64,000 nt of DNA, taken from positions 1,110,545 through 1,174,544 of the forward strand of contig MU057416.1 in the NCBI GenBank assembly GCA_013265495.1, given 5' to 3'. Of this stretch, positions 23,724 through 37,387 are shown one piece after another (the first letter of the stretch is position 1; each line of letters starts with the position of its first letter). Position numbers and translations under genes: made by a program. Below the pieces are notes generated by a model, which saw only the letters and a program-made list of their open reading frames with translations, made no database searches and was not told where the DNA came from. Source of the DNA: Vicugna vicugna (taxonomy: Eukaryota).

Positions 23724-26101
23724 GATGTGAATTCCTGGAAGGAATGGGAAATCATTTGGTAGAGATGAAGTCCATGCACACGTGGGTTTTGGGTCCCATG
23801 CGGTTCTCCCGGACAGAGCTTGTCTGTACACGTCACAGGGCTTTGAGTGCATAGTCTGTTTTCAGATGTGTTCCCTGAAACGTGGGCTCGTTCTCAGACC
23901 TGTTTAACTTGGACCCCTGTACCCCGTCCGCTCTGAAGTCGTGCGCGCTCCTTCACCACACTCATCCTCACACCCCCGTTGTGCTTTGATCTAAAGTTAT
24001 GATGGATAAGAGGCTCTGCCTATTGTCTAATTAAAAAAATAACTTACTAAATATTACATTCCCCCTTGTAAAATAATGATAGAGATTAGTGTTTGTGCAG
24101 AAGCGTGGGCAACAGCGTTCTTCAAAAGTTTTTCTCTGGGTGATGAAAAGCTGTTAGATTATTTTGACTCACTAATCAAATGTAATTGGGTAGCTTGCAG
24201 GGCCTTAGATTTTCCTTGTCCGGTTATCAAAGCAGGAAATGTCACTCATGGAGCTGATGAAAGGCGTCTCTCACAGTATTCTTTCAATCACAGATCTTAC
24301 AGAGTGAATGAAACGGCTCTGCTGCTGAAAACTCCGAGGCTTGAAATGCCTCTTCGTGCTAATTGCTGTATTAGCTAGTTAACACAGCATTAGACATTTT
24401 AATTGATTCCTGCCCCGGTTTTGGAGAAAAGAAATTCTGGATCTGTTTGGCAAGTAAATTCAGGAGGGCGGAGGCTGGGGCACAGTCATGTTTGTGTTTA
24501 TAGGGGGGCTTTGCAGTGGGAACAACAGCCTCGCTCTCATGCCTTACAAGCGTGGATAGTTTGCCCTCGGTTTGGGATTTGTGGTGTGAATGCTCCCGAA
24601 GGACCTTTATTTGACCACCGAGAATGACTTTTACGGTTTTATCAATGACATCTCATGATCTTGAAAACGTCACTTCACTGCAGTCATGTGTGTGGATGAT
24701 TCCAACGGAGGGTTAGCTTTTGCATAGAATCGAGTCACATCAGGCCTGCATTTCATTCATCAGGATGTGGCAGTTTTCTTCCGGGTTGACTCCCACTCCC
24801 AAGATACCCGTAAAGCAGTTCTGGCCTAAACGATTGGTTGTGACCCAGGATTAGGACACATTCAGTTTGTATTCGTTTACGAATTCACTCGTTTGCTCGC
24901 TCAGGTGTCAAACATGTACTGAGCTCCCGCTGTGAATCAAGCCCCCCCACCCCCGTGCGACCTTGCTGCAGATGAGACAAAAGCGGGTCTCACCGACGCA
25001 CGTTACATCCCCTGTGGGGGGCACTCTTCTCCATCACAGTAGGCCAGGCACCCCAGCAGGCCCCGATGCTGAAAGCTGGTGCAGCTCTTTGCGACGGGCG
25101 CGCAGGCGGTCCTGACCGGGCTTCCACTGATGCTGGAGATGAGACTGGAACTGGAAAATACAGTTGTAGTCTCATCGACAACAGGGCACGGCCTGAGAAA
25201 CATGGCATCAGTCCGGAATGTCATGTAAGCTCTTGGGGGGCGCCTGGCATTGACTAGGAGTGAGGCTGGTCAGGGGAGGGGGGCGTCCTGGGGGATGAGT
25301 AGGAGTTGGGAACCAGATGAACGAGCAGAAAGAAGTGGAGGTGGGGTCAGGGAGGTGTCAGCAGCAGGGAACAGCTTGTGCAGAAACACAAGGCCTGGGC
25401 ACCATCCTTGTGCAGAAACACGAGGCCTGGGGATCTGTGCCTAACTCCCGTGGCGAGGAGGGAGCGCGGAGGGAGCCCGCGGGGGGGAAGGCTGGGCTGC
25501 TGAGCGGGATTGCTCACCTAAGGCTCCTCTCACATGTGGATCGTATCCGAAGCAAAGAGAAGCCACCAGAGGAAGCTGAGAAGGGGCGAGGTGACCCGGG
25601 GGGCTGGAAACACAGCACAGTGGCTGTTGGACTTGCGCCTGCTGTCTCATTTCGCGATTTCACTTTGGTGGCATCGTCTCTGGCCTCCCAGCACTTAGCT
25701 GGCGCGCACTGCCACGTTTCCTTCTCGCGCCCGCGGGAGCTCTGTCGGCGGCGCCGTGAAGGGGGCCTGCGGATGGCTTTCTCCTTCTCGGGAAGTGCCA
25801 GTTACCGGGGACGCAGGTGTATTCGAGGTCTTGGGCCTTGTTTCATGTTTCACTTAAACAAAGGTGCCATTTTAAAATTGCTTCCGTATCACCTACTTTC
25901 TGACCAGAAAGTTTTTCCTTTTCAACCGTACATGGATCTGTTGCTGTTCATTTCATAGTCGTTGGTTTCATGGGGCCACAGCAGCCTTCTAGTTATACCC
26001 ACGTTGCTGTCAGGGAGGGGGCTCTACAGGCCAGGGTGCCTGAAGTCATCACATACCACCTTTTAACATTACTGGTTCCCAGGTCCCACCTTCAACCTGA
26101 T

Positions 26102-26780
26102 GATTCACTCACTCACTCACTCAACACATGTTAATTAAATACCCACCAGGTACCACGCCCTGTGTAGACCAGGGGATGCTGTAGTGAACAGGACCGACAA
26201 GGACACTGTTTTTGTGGATGCCCATATTGTAGTGAGGGGGAAGCAGATGGTGAACAAGCCAAGACAGAAAATGTGAAGACATAGAGCCCGGGAGTGAGTA
26301 GGGTGTGTGGAGGGAGGGAGGGAACAGTGAGAGGCTTCAGAGAAGGCAGACATGAAGAGTTGACACTGAAACTGAAATCTAAATAGTGGGAAGGACCAGG
26401 CTTGCCAAGTCTGGAGACACAGCAGTCCAGGCACAGGAGCAGCAAGCGTGCAAAGGCCCCGAGGTGGAAACTAGCTTGCTAGTTCCGGTGTGTGTGGAGA
26501 CAAGGGTTTGGCAAGGTCCGGCCCTTGCAGGGCTCGGATCTTCTCCTGTTGGGGATGGAACCCCTGGAGGATTTTAAGCAGGGGAGTGTCTTCATCACAT
26601 TCTCCTTGTAAGAACTGTTGCCCTGGCTGTCGGTGGGAGATGGGTTGGGGGGAAGCAAGAAAGTAGGAGACCCAGGACTCCCTTGACGGCAGGGGCCGGG
26701 AGATGTGGGTGGCCCAGGACACGTGCTGAGGTAGAGCAGACAGAACTTGCCAGAAAGGGAGAAAGGGAGGAGGCAGGCAT
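26102..26780 (-). mobile_element. L2 LINE 3' relic
   Basis: attcactcactcactcactcaaca..gtgaacaggac..cagcaagcgtgcaaaggccccgagg..gattttaagcagggga, typical of reverse L2. Confidence 0.65.
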
Positions 26781-28362
26781 AGCGTGGGTTTTTGGGCTGA
26801 GCCCCTGAGAGCCATGTTTTGAGAAGGAAGAGGGACCGGAATCTCTGGGAGCAGGGCTTGCAAATGTCCTTAAAGCTCCTGGAACACATAGACACAGATG
26901 CCAGCACTGGTCCTCAGATGCCCGCTTTGGGAACCACTGATGATTCTGGGCCCTGTTTTTATTCCGTGCACACAGCTAAGGCACCGCAGGCAGGTGAGAA
27001 TCCAGCTCTTCTAAAAGGCCGGGGTTCTGGACGCCCCTGCAATCTGCTTAGCAGCAGAGTCTTCTTTGTTATGCAGCGTAGGTCCTTTTTTGTGCAGATG
27101 CGTCACGGGCGGTCAGGGAAGTCCAAACAGGAGGATGCCCTCAGCTTGATTCTAACCCTTTACTGAGTTGCAGCTACATGAAAACCTAAAAATCTTCTGT
27201 CATTAAGGGACCCAAACTCATTTCGGTCATTGAGATGGAGGAGCCTAGTGAAAACTGGACCCTCTGCCAACACAAGCTGACCAGGATGCGAATTGGCCGG
27301 AGGGGCACCCCTGGAACTGAGGGTCTGAGGTCGGCCAGTGCTCGGCCCCACGCGACCTCCCCAGACCGAGATCAGCTCTGAACTGAAGAGAGAGAGGAGC
27401 CTCGGACCCTTGGTTCAAAAGTGTAGACCGTCAACCCTCCAAAAGCACCTCTCTCACTTCAGTACGGGTTCTCTAGAAACATTTGACCCGAAGTTTGAGT
27501 CACTGCCTAGATGTTGAAGAACTCCTTTTTTAGAAGGAGGAAATTGCTAGTTATTTTAAATATTCTTTCTAAGCCTTATCTCCAATCCTTTAACTACCTT
27601 TGTTGCCCTTCTAAGAAAACTTTCTTTTCTGTGGTAACTCAGGTACCAACACTTCTCTCCCCGCCAGCGCAAAGCAGTGGGTGGAGTCTGGATTATAAAA
27701 CAAATTGAGATTCATCTAGAAAATCATAGACGGCCATGAGTATGGTGGTCATAGCAGAATCAGTATCCCCGCCAAGAGCGGTGAGTGTTCCATCTACTGA
27801 AAGCACTTGGTTTCCCACCACTTCAGACCTTACAGAGTTTATTTCTAGGCACTGGGGTAAAAAAAAACACCCTGATACTGTTTTGTCTGTATCTCTGCAA
27901 GTGAACAAACTTCTTGCCGGCCCTGACGGCGCCAGCCCGCGGTCACCAACAGCACAGACTGGCCTCAGCTTTGTGACCCTGGAGCCAGTGAGCGTTAGGA
28001 AGCTCTCAGTGGGAAAAAAAAGCCAAAATATCTTCCCCTTTGCACATTTTATAAAAACGTTAGCCCTTGCACTCACAGTTGCTTGGGTCCCTCAAGAGCC
28101 TGGGAAAGGGCTCACACGTGGGAAGGTGCTAGAAGCTTAAGCTTGTGGGTTGGTTTCGGGCCACAGTGCCTCTGATCTGAGGCTCAGCCAAGGGACTTCC
28201 TGTGTAGGGGAAGAGCAGAGGGGAGTGGGGAAAGAGCTGACAATCTGCACGGTGGTCGGAAAGGTGTAAGTGTGGACTGCCCAACTGGATAAAGCGCGAA
28301 CGAAGCCCAGACAGCTTTACGGGGCTTTTTTCTTTCTAAAAATAATTCCTCATAGGTCACCA

Positions 28363-28995
28363 CGTAACCGAGTCCAGACTCGTTCTGCTTGCCATGTGAC
28401 AGGCCAGTAAATTGGGAGGCGAGGTGTTGGCACAAGGAGTGTTGGCACACTGTTATTCGGAAAGCCAGTAGACTGAAAAGACCCAGGGCTCATGTCCTGG
28501 AGAACCATGTTCTCCAAGTCAGAATTCAGGCTCCTACGTGTTGGCACAAGGAATAACCACTGTTATTCGGAAAGCCAGTAGACTGAAAAGACCCAGGGCT
28601 CATGTCCTGGAGAACCATGTTCTCCAAGTCAGAATTCAGGCTCCTTTTACACTAAAAGGGAGGGGGGAGGGTGTGGCTGGTTGTTGCAAACTTCTTGGAG
28701 TCAGAGTCCTTTGTTCTTGCAGCTGTCCGCGTGGGTCAGGTCACGATGTTCCTGTAAGTCTCCAACAAGACAAATGTTATCCTCTGTTCTGCAACTTACT
28801 ATCCCTACATGAGTGGGAACGTGTCCTGCCCTAAAGGTCAGCGCCTTGAGAAGGGGCTCTCCTGTAGCTTTCAGGCTCCAGGCAACTTTCTTTTACAAAA
28901 GGTGCGGAACCAGCGGGACGCAGCCCGGAAAGCAGAGCCCAGGGTGAGAGCCAGAGCAGGTCTCACGTGGGGTCAGCGCTCTCGTCCCGACTACA
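28363..28995 (-). mobile_element. Solo ERV1-class LTR (LTR39/MER34-like) with an internal tandem duplication
   Basis: Plus-strand ends (c)gtaaccgagtcc ... gactaca; degenerate polyA signal and TATA on the minus strand (gttattc, cttttacact). Family assignment is from recalled similarity only. Confidence 0.7.
28424..28645 (+). repeat. Tandem duplication with 110-bp period and 88 identical bp
   Basis: 28448-28535 equals 28558-28645; GTGTTGGCACA occurs at 28424, 28439 and 28538. Confidence 0.95.
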
Positions 28996-29839
28996 ATGGG
29001 ACAGTCAAGGCAGCCCTGCCTGCGGACTGAAGACGTGACCACAGCATCGTTAGATGCTCTCTGGCCGTTCTGCCTCACCTGTTCCACCTCCTCCTCACCT
29101 GGACTCACCTGCCTGGCTGAACCCACACATGTTTCTGTTCCTTCTCTTCCACTCTCCTTGCCCTAAGAAATGTCTCATACGTGTATCCAGCCAATTTAAA
29201 TAGGAAGTGTTGTAAGTTCTAGTTCAGTTTTGACAAAGGGTTTATAAGGAATTCGTACTCTCCAATGGCAGTATTACTTTCTGTGCATGCTGGTGTCACA
29301 GTGATGTCAGAGATGCGGGGTTTCCTGTTGTGAGATGATGGAACGTGAAACAAAGGTGTGGGGGTCCTCAGACTACAGAAATTCAGTTTGTCTGTTCTTA
29401 GGATGAATCACATAATAAAGTCTTAAAGAATCACACACTTCCTGCTTGATTTTGTTTACCTAGTCTTGACTTACACAGCTGAGTGAAAAGACTCGAATTC
29501 TTAAGTGGTTAATTAGGAGGAATATTGGAAAATATAATCTCTAATTAGGTCTCAGTACCATGCACGTGTCCATAGGTGGTTACCTCTCCATGGGACTCTT
29601 GTTGGCTTTAACATGGGATGTGGGGGAACGTCTCCATGAGGAGTTTACTCTCAAGAGCTCAGAGTTAGAAATAATTTTAGAAGGTTTTGAGAAGTTTTTA
29701 AAAAGAGAATTTTACTCCTAATATTACAAAAAAAAAGTGAACTCAATTTCTCAAGTGTATTTCATTTGTGAGGTAGTATGACCACATAAAATGTGCGGAA
29801 GAACTTAAACGTTCTTGCCAAAACAAAAAATAAGTCAAT

Positions 29840-29972
29840 GAATGGATGGTTATGTTCATTAACCAGATATGGGAAGTCCTTTCAATATGTAAACATATCA
29901 GATCGCCACAATGCACACTTTAAATTTCTCACAATTTCATATGTCAATTATATGTGTCAACAGAGCTGAGAT
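29840..29972 (+). mobile_element. Old L1M-type 3' end relic
   Basis: atgtaaacatatcagatc..atgcacactttaaat..acaatttcatatgtcaattatat. Confidence 0.55.
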
Positions 29973-31119
29973 AAACTAACTTATTACTTGTACAAGGGAC
30001 CAAAGGAGTATGTGTAGGTGAGTATGTGCATTTGCTGTGGAATTCTGTATTGAGGAGTAACTAAGGTCGAGAGAGAAGGCAGTCTAGCAAATTGTACTAG
30101 CCAAGGCATAGTGTGTCTTATGGCTTTTATTTCTTAATAATCCAAAAAAAAAGTCAAGAATATCCTTCAAATAAAATGATCAGGAGATTTCATGGACTGC
30201 CCCTACATAATGATATTTAATAGAAAATCTTTCCTAAATTTGAATGCGTAGGTAAGTCTGGATGAGAGCTGGTTTAAGTTGCTGGATCCAGCTCCGTGGG
30301 GAGTTGCCCCACCTGGCTACCTGCGAATATGAGCAGTGGCGACGGTCAGCCTGTGTCTGCAGACCTGCCATTTACTGGAAAGAATTCGTAGGGAACAGGA
30401 GAAGTGCAATGGCATCCTTTGCAATAAGAGAGAGAAAATGAATTTGTTTCTTGAAATGAGAACAAAACTGCCTACTTTCCCAGACTCCTGTCCTTTGATG
30501 AGATGGTCTTTTTGAGCCGTTTCTTTCTTTGGGGAGGACTTATTTACCCAGATGGCTGCCCGGTAAGAAACCAGAGCTCAGTCACATCGTTTATAGAGCC
30601 ACGCGGCCTGACGTCCTCAGATTTCTGAGTCAAGTGTACCAGACAGAGTGCTTTCAGAGAGAGGAGCTTACATCCGCAAGATACTACTTCATGTGTTTTT
30701 GCAGGAGGTTTTGTTTAGCTTAACTCTATCAAAACAAAACACGAGGCAAAAACGCATTGAAGGGGGGCACTTGAAACAACAGTGGTGCCCAGGATCGATT
30801 GTTCCATTACAGTTGGGTGTTAGGCCAGTCCAGTTGTTAAGCTAGCCCATACTGAGACTTGATGAATAAATGTTTACATAATTGCTCCCACTTTTCCTGA
30901 CTCTTGGTTCGATCAGTTTCACAGCAGAGAAGTTAAAAAAAATTATTAAAAGAGAGCTTTCGAGATTGAATGCTCTAATTAACTGCTGATTGTGTCTCTA
31001 AATGGACTATTTTGTTTTCATTTGATATTCACTTTTTTTTAATTGAATGAAAGACTCTTTAAATTCTATAGTGCTTTGCAAAGTTTCACACACCTGATTT
31101 CACATAATCCCATAATAAC

Positions 31120-31380
31120 ACTCCCCCATCCCCATGTTGTCCCTCCCCCTTCCCCCTCCCCACTGGTCACCACTAGTTTGTTCTCTGTATCTGTGAGTCT
31201 GCTGCTTTTTTGTTTTATTCGCTAGTTGTTATTTTTTAGATTCTGCATATAAGTGATATCACACAGTACTTGTCTTTCTCTGCCTGACTTATTTCACTTT
31301 AGCATGATATCCTCTGAGTCCATCCATGTTGCCACAAATGGCAACATTTTGTTCTGTTTTTATGGCTGAGTAGTATTCCT

Positions 31381-31411
<31 letters not shown>

Positions 31412-31615
31412 CGCGTACACACCACATCTTCTTTATCCAGTCATCTGTGGATAGACACTGAGGTTGCCTCCATGTCTTGGCTGTGGTAAATCATGCTTTT
31501 GTGAACACTGGGTACGTGTATCTTTGAATTAGTGCTTCTGGGTTTTTTTGGATATATACCCAGGAGTGAAATTGCTGGGTCATATGGTAGTTCTATTTAT
31601 AGTTTTTTGAGAAAC
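31120..31615 (-). mobile_element. L1 3' fragment (ORF2 tail and 3'UTR) containing a (TG)n(CG)n microsatellite
   Basis: ttttagattctgcatataagtgatatc..atggctgagtagtattcc..cccaggagtgaaattgctgggtcatatggtagttct. Confidence 0.88.
31380..31422. repeat. Alternating purine-pyrimidine microsatellite (TG)n(CG)nTA(CA)n
   Basis: Read directly. Confidence 0.9.
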
Positions 31616-33950
31616 AGACTATTTTTGATTAAAAAAAAAGAAACCAAATGTAGCTGTCTCCGTCCCAGTGGACTTCCAGGCTGTGCTGGAAAGCAGAGCT
31701 GATACCTGGGGAGGCCGCAGGAGCTGGTGCGCCAGGGCTGCTCGGCATCCCGCTACTCTGAGGCAGAGCCAATCATAGTATTTAGCAGGTATTCTTTTCT
31801 GAAGGTCTTAAAAGTTGATCAGTTTAGAAGCAGATGCACGTGGACTGCACTGACTTTGACTTTGTGGTGAAAGCAGTCTGTGTTGGGTTTAAAGGGCTCC
31901 GTGGACACGGGATACCGGCTCAGGTTGGCAGAATGTGCGTCTCTGTCGTCTTGGGTTCTGGGGAGAAATTGATTCATCCTCATGACTGTCTTCGCAAGGA
32001 AATCCTTATGAAGCAATAGGCTGTAACTCATCAAAAATCAAGGTAAAGAAATAGCAGAAGTAAATCTGAGAAAATTGATCTTTCTGGTTTTAGATGCTTC
32101 TTATAGCAGAAAACCCATTGGCTCTAAAGGGAATTCCTAAGGTGGAACCATTCATAGAGACACCGTTTTCCAGCAAGCAGTTTGGGGGTTGGGGGTGGGG
32201 AGAAGAGGAGGCATTTTTTTAATATTATATTTTTTAACCATATTATATAGCAATCAGGTATGTTTTAAAATTACAGTCTGATTAATACATTCCTTGTGGG
32301 TTAGTTATAATGGCAACTTTGCTTCAGCATCAAAAGGCAAACTTTGAACTGTTTGAGAACACATGAGCTGCCACATAAAGTGAGATTCTTTTAATCAAAA
32401 CACCAAAGGTCAAATAATAATATTTCATATAAAATTCGGAAAGAAAACACAATTGCACACCCCTCCCCCACCCCGCCCATTGAAATCTGTTTTTAGTTAA
32501 TCAGAAATGGGAGTAAAATATTTTATTGAATCTAAATATAGGCTTTCATATATTAAAAGAAAATCTATTTACAGGTGATTTGTTACTAAATAAAGTCTTG
32601 GAGGGACACTTTTAATTACCAAAAAGGTAGGATAATAATAAACACAGGAAATATAAATGAATAAAGTGTTCACAGAGTCCCACTGCTCTCCGGACTATAA
32701 ATAATACCCCTGCCCTGTCGCTATTATTAGCTTGTATGAACAAAAGAAGATTCCAGAAATAGAAACGGGGAAAGGCATCTCAGAGCCTTGTATTCCATGG
32801 CATAGGAAATATTGCTAGCAAGCTCATGAGTTTAGGGGGTTAATTGATTTTTTAAATAGGGCATTTCCATGCTGTCCGTTTGCCAAGGAAATTCTTTTAC
32901 TGGCATGTTTGTAAAATTGGCAGGCTGACGTTTCCTCTGGGTGACACGAGGTGTGATGAAGAATTTTATCTTTACTTCCTTACTAAAAGCAGCACTGGTG
33001 GCTTGCTTTTTTGTTAACTTATTTGGTTATTATCAGATTGCATCTCTAGAGGGTCAGTTAATGCAGCTGAAGTTGGAAGGGGGCGGGGGGCCCAGTGGAC
33101 AGCCCTGGACCAGGAGTCGGGTCTCAGGGTCACCTGAGCGCTATGACTTGGGCCAAAGCATTTATGCATCCGCGGGCCGCGGTTTCCTGGCTGATGAATG
33201 TAGCCCACACGTGCTGAGCACCCAGTACTGTGGGCCCAACAGTGAGACGTAGGGATACAGTTGAGTAGAAACACCAGGTTCCCACTCAAGGCCACGCGCG
33301 GCTTGGGGAGCAGACCTGGAGTTTACAGAGAAGGTACCGTAGAGAAGACCCCTGGCAGGGGCGCAGGGCAGAGCTGCTCTGTCTAGGGGAGGGCGCCGAG
33401 GAAAGCCTTGCAGAGACGGGGTCATGCGAATCAACACAATCTTGAAGGATGCCCGGTCTATGAAAAGGGAGGAAAGGGTCTGGTGAGGAGCCAATGGCAC
33501 GATCGAAGTGAGCTGCAAAGCATAAAAGACAATGTGAACACAGGCTGCTATTCCTGCAGAACACGTATGACAGGTTTCTATTTTATCTTATTTTCCAGAG
33601 CAAAGGATTCACCGGCAGGAATAGCACTGGTCTATTTGCTAATTTCCCATTGCCTGTTAAAGTTTTTTTTAATAACTAATGATGAGTGCAATTACAGTGA
33701 TGAGAACTGATTACAGAACTGTAGGTAAGTGACAGGAGCACAAATCACCAGTAGTTTGTTTTTGTTTCTGTTTTTAATTAGTAGGGACCAGAATCAAATG
33801 AAGAAAAAAAAAAACTCCCCCAGATACAGACATATTTTCCCATAAGTAGTAATGATACTAATTATTTTTTAAAGAGTCTTATTTGTGGTGATTTTCAGGA
33901 TATAACTTTATGAAGATGCAGTATTTAGTATTAGTAGATTATTTTTTACA

Positions 33951-34082
33951 GATTTTTTTTAATTTTGGGGGGATATAATTAGGCCTTTATTTAGTAATTT
34001 TTTAAAATTGAGGCACTGGGGATGAACCCAGGACCTCGTGCATGCTAAGCACATGCTCTACACCGAGCTACACCCTCCCCCC
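33951..34082 (-). mobile_element. Vic-1-like tRNA SINE
   Basis: cccaggacctcgtgcatgctaagcacatgctcta..gagctacaccctcccc; TSD ag(t/c)agattattttt. Confidence 0.88.
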
Positions 34083-37000
34083 AGCAGATTATTTTTTAAA
34101 ACATAAGTTACTTATGCACAAACTATGGGTTTTCTGGTGAAAGAGATCATCTTTCTTAGGCAAAATAAGGATGAGATTTCTCTCTCTCCAGTAGACATTT
34201 ATTATTCCACTATCTTCAGTTGGACAGCTGGCTCTGTGACTGTTTCACTAGGTGATCTATTCAACAGTTGTTTTTTGAGTGCCTATTATGTGCCGTGTCA
34301 AACAAGATGCACAGTGTGTTATAGAATACGTTCCGCCAGGTCTTTTTAGAATGCAACATTTAAAAACACATTCAAATCAGGCATTGATTGCATACCCCTC
34401 CCAGCACTTCCATTCATAAAAGTGAGCTGACGTTTAACCACAGAAAGAGGGCCGTCTCTGCCTCAGCAGTATGCAAATTAGTTTGGAGTATGCAGATAAT
34501 TTGAGCAGACACTGATTTCGAATTAGCATTGTGCATACATTGTACTCCCAGGATTGCATTTGTTATAAGTAAATGCGAAACAGAAAGGGGTAAAAGAGTA
34601 GAAACCTGTCCCGTGCCTTTGCAGGGTTGCGGACAGCTTAGCATAAGCCGTCGCCCTCACAGCCCGGGTTCAGCTTCAAGGGCACAAGCCTGCATCTGTG
34701 TCCTGTGTCCACCCCTCCGTGTGTCCCGTCCACACTGACTTTTCTCCCAGAAGCTCTTTGCCTTCCTCCTTTTAACAGCTTGGACCGAGGTGAGGACACT
34801 CTGATCAAGAGTCTTCAATAGCCCCTTTGTCAGGTTTTCAGAAAATGCACGAGTACTAGTTTGAATTCAGAAAAAATTCAAACTGTATATGAAAGTGTTC
34901 TGGTTTCATTTGATTTTTTTTTTTTTGGTTAAGAAACAATAGTGTTTATTTATCATGTTTGACTTAGAATTTCTTTGGTATTCGTTTCTCTCAATTTTAC
35001 CAAGAGACCAAACTCAATAACATCTTTAGAAAACAAAACAGTTTTCGGTTGAGGCGGGGTGAGGAAGTTACATGCAGATTGAGCGGGAACTTCAACCCAA
35101 GGACGGAACACACAGCAACCATTTTTTTCCTCCCTTTTCTTCAGAAGTAGTCTTCCGCGTGGCTTAATGTGCTCACATAACCCCGGTCCCAATATTTCAA
35201 AAGATACAGAACTTCCCAGCATGATGATAAAGTTTTCCTGTGTTCCAATAATAAAACCTCAGCGTACCAGTGATTTCCAGTTCCTTTGTGGCTCAGCGAC
35301 TTGTGAAGACCGACCAAGCGCTCAGCGCTCAGCCCGCAGTATCAGTGTGGGAGTCGGAAACAGATGTTCACGGGACAAGGCCATTTGTTGTCACTGTCGA
35401 TACTACCTGGCAAGGTTCCCAAACGAAATTGTTTGTGTATGGAAAAGAATGTAAACGGTGATTCATGCCCAGGAATTTTTTTTCTTTTTTTCTTTTCTTT
35501 TTTTTCTTTTTGGCTGCAGGCTAACCATCTTTTATTTGTTTTAAGTCACAGACCATTACTGGATTAAAAAAAATGTAGGGTAACTTACTATTAGAGTATC
35601 TTTTCCTTTTTTTTTTTTTTTTTGTTCCAGCATTTCCTCCTGAAAGGAATGACTATTTTAGGTGATTTACTGGAAATATTACATGCCTGACTTTTATCTG
35701 GGAATTCAGAGAAGTGGTTGATATGCTTTACTTTGTTTTTGTTTTTAATAATTTGGAAGCATAGAGAATTCAAAATAATCCAGCACTAAGTAGAAGCATA
35801 CTTACTGGTCATAGGCGCCATGACGTGGTCTTGGTTGGAAATTTTCATGAATATTACAGAGGCGCATCCATGAACGCACGGTTACCGTAAGAGACAATGG
35901 ATTCATCTGAGCAAATTAAATATTAATTTCTAGAGAAGCTTAGAATGTGTTTGCAATGAAATAGGTACAGCAAAGCTGCTTAAAAATTAGGCCGCCCTGT
36001 CACACGACACTCATACAAACCGTCCTTTTCAGGAAGGAGACTTAGCAAGAATTCAAGGCATCATATCCATCATCCTCCTGCCGTTTTTATCAAAACAAAT
36101 TCTAATCCACAAAGGGAAGTCTTTTAATGTTTATTCATAACAGCAGACGCCTAAGGCCATAATTATAAAATGTTCTGTGGGTTTTTTTTTTAAATACATA
36201 GGTATCTTTTGTAATTAGGTTTCTGCATCACAGAGAAATTATTTTAAGGGACATGAAACAAAATCTGACTTTTACACAACAGCCAAAGGAAAGATTGGTG
36301 TCACATGTAGTGGGAGGGGTCTAGATGAGACACAGGAATCTGGAATCTCATTCCACAAACTATCATTTTAATACATTGTAGCTGTGGGGCTGCCTCTTTC
36401 TTAGCCTTTGTCTCATCTGCAAAAAAAAAAAAAAAAAAAAAACGGAAAAAAAGCAGGTCAGGCCAGGAGACCTTTGGGTCCTTGCAAGTTCTCACCGTCC
36501 TTGGTTCCAGTTTGGTAATGAAAACGTTGGGGCTTCCAATTCTACTTTCTGGCGATCACTGTTAACCTTCTTTGGGTCACAAACACCTTTAAGTACCTAA
36601 GAAAAGTCATTATGACTCTTCCCAGAAAAAAATGCGTAAATAAGCTTTTGTGTGCAATCCTAGGGCTTCACAGGCCCCTCAGAGCCGAGGGGTGGTGGCG
36701 AGGTAGCTTCGTGTTTCTGTGAAGATTTAAACCGGCACTTAAAAACTGCTTAAAACTTTAGCATTAGAACTTTCTCCTTATTTTTTTGAAAGTTGACTGT
36801 TTTTACTTTGTAACATTTGCACATGTGGGGAGTTTGACGTTGGTGCAGCCCGCCCTGCTGGAAGGAGGGCGTGTACACTCCTTGGCCAGCTGCAGCCTGG
36901 TGTGTGCAGCGCTTGGAAGGGGTCCTGTGTGTAGAGCTAGAGGTGACGGCGGTGCCACGCGTCCCAGCACGCGTCCCAGCGGGAGGCCTTGCTTTGGACA

Positions 37001-37387
37001 GGAAGTCAGTGAGCTGTGGTCTGCTTGCATCTCCCAATCAGTGAGTCAAGCAGTTTTGGTTTTTACTGTATGAAAAATTCAACATTAGATGCTCCCACCC
37101 AGGAGACAGGGGGCTGGGGAGGGCTGTTTCCAGCCTTGTTCACTTTCTGTAGCTGGCACAGAGCGCTGGGGTGCACGAAATGGCTGGACAGTCACAATTC
37201 AAGTAACACATACAAAGTAGGAATTAATTCTAATTCAGATTTAAGAATATTTAAACTGCTGATTTCCTTCCAGTATATAGCTCTGGATTTTTTTGTTTGT
37301 TTTTTTGTTTTTTTTTAAAGCCATTCTACATTTTCCTAAATTTCTAATTGTCATGTTTGGACTTTTTTTAAAATGACCATTTATGTC

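Noticed and set aside
25317..25958. 213-aa ORF, and similar intronic ORFs (46274-46999, 47678-48331)
   Set aside because: No domain similarity or coherent splice structure; they overlap repeat relics or GC-rich patches.
28424..28645. Repeats that could suggest a CRISPR-like array
   Set aside because: Only two long copies with no unique spacers, in a eukaryotic LTR context; no CRISPR or cas features anywhere in the window.
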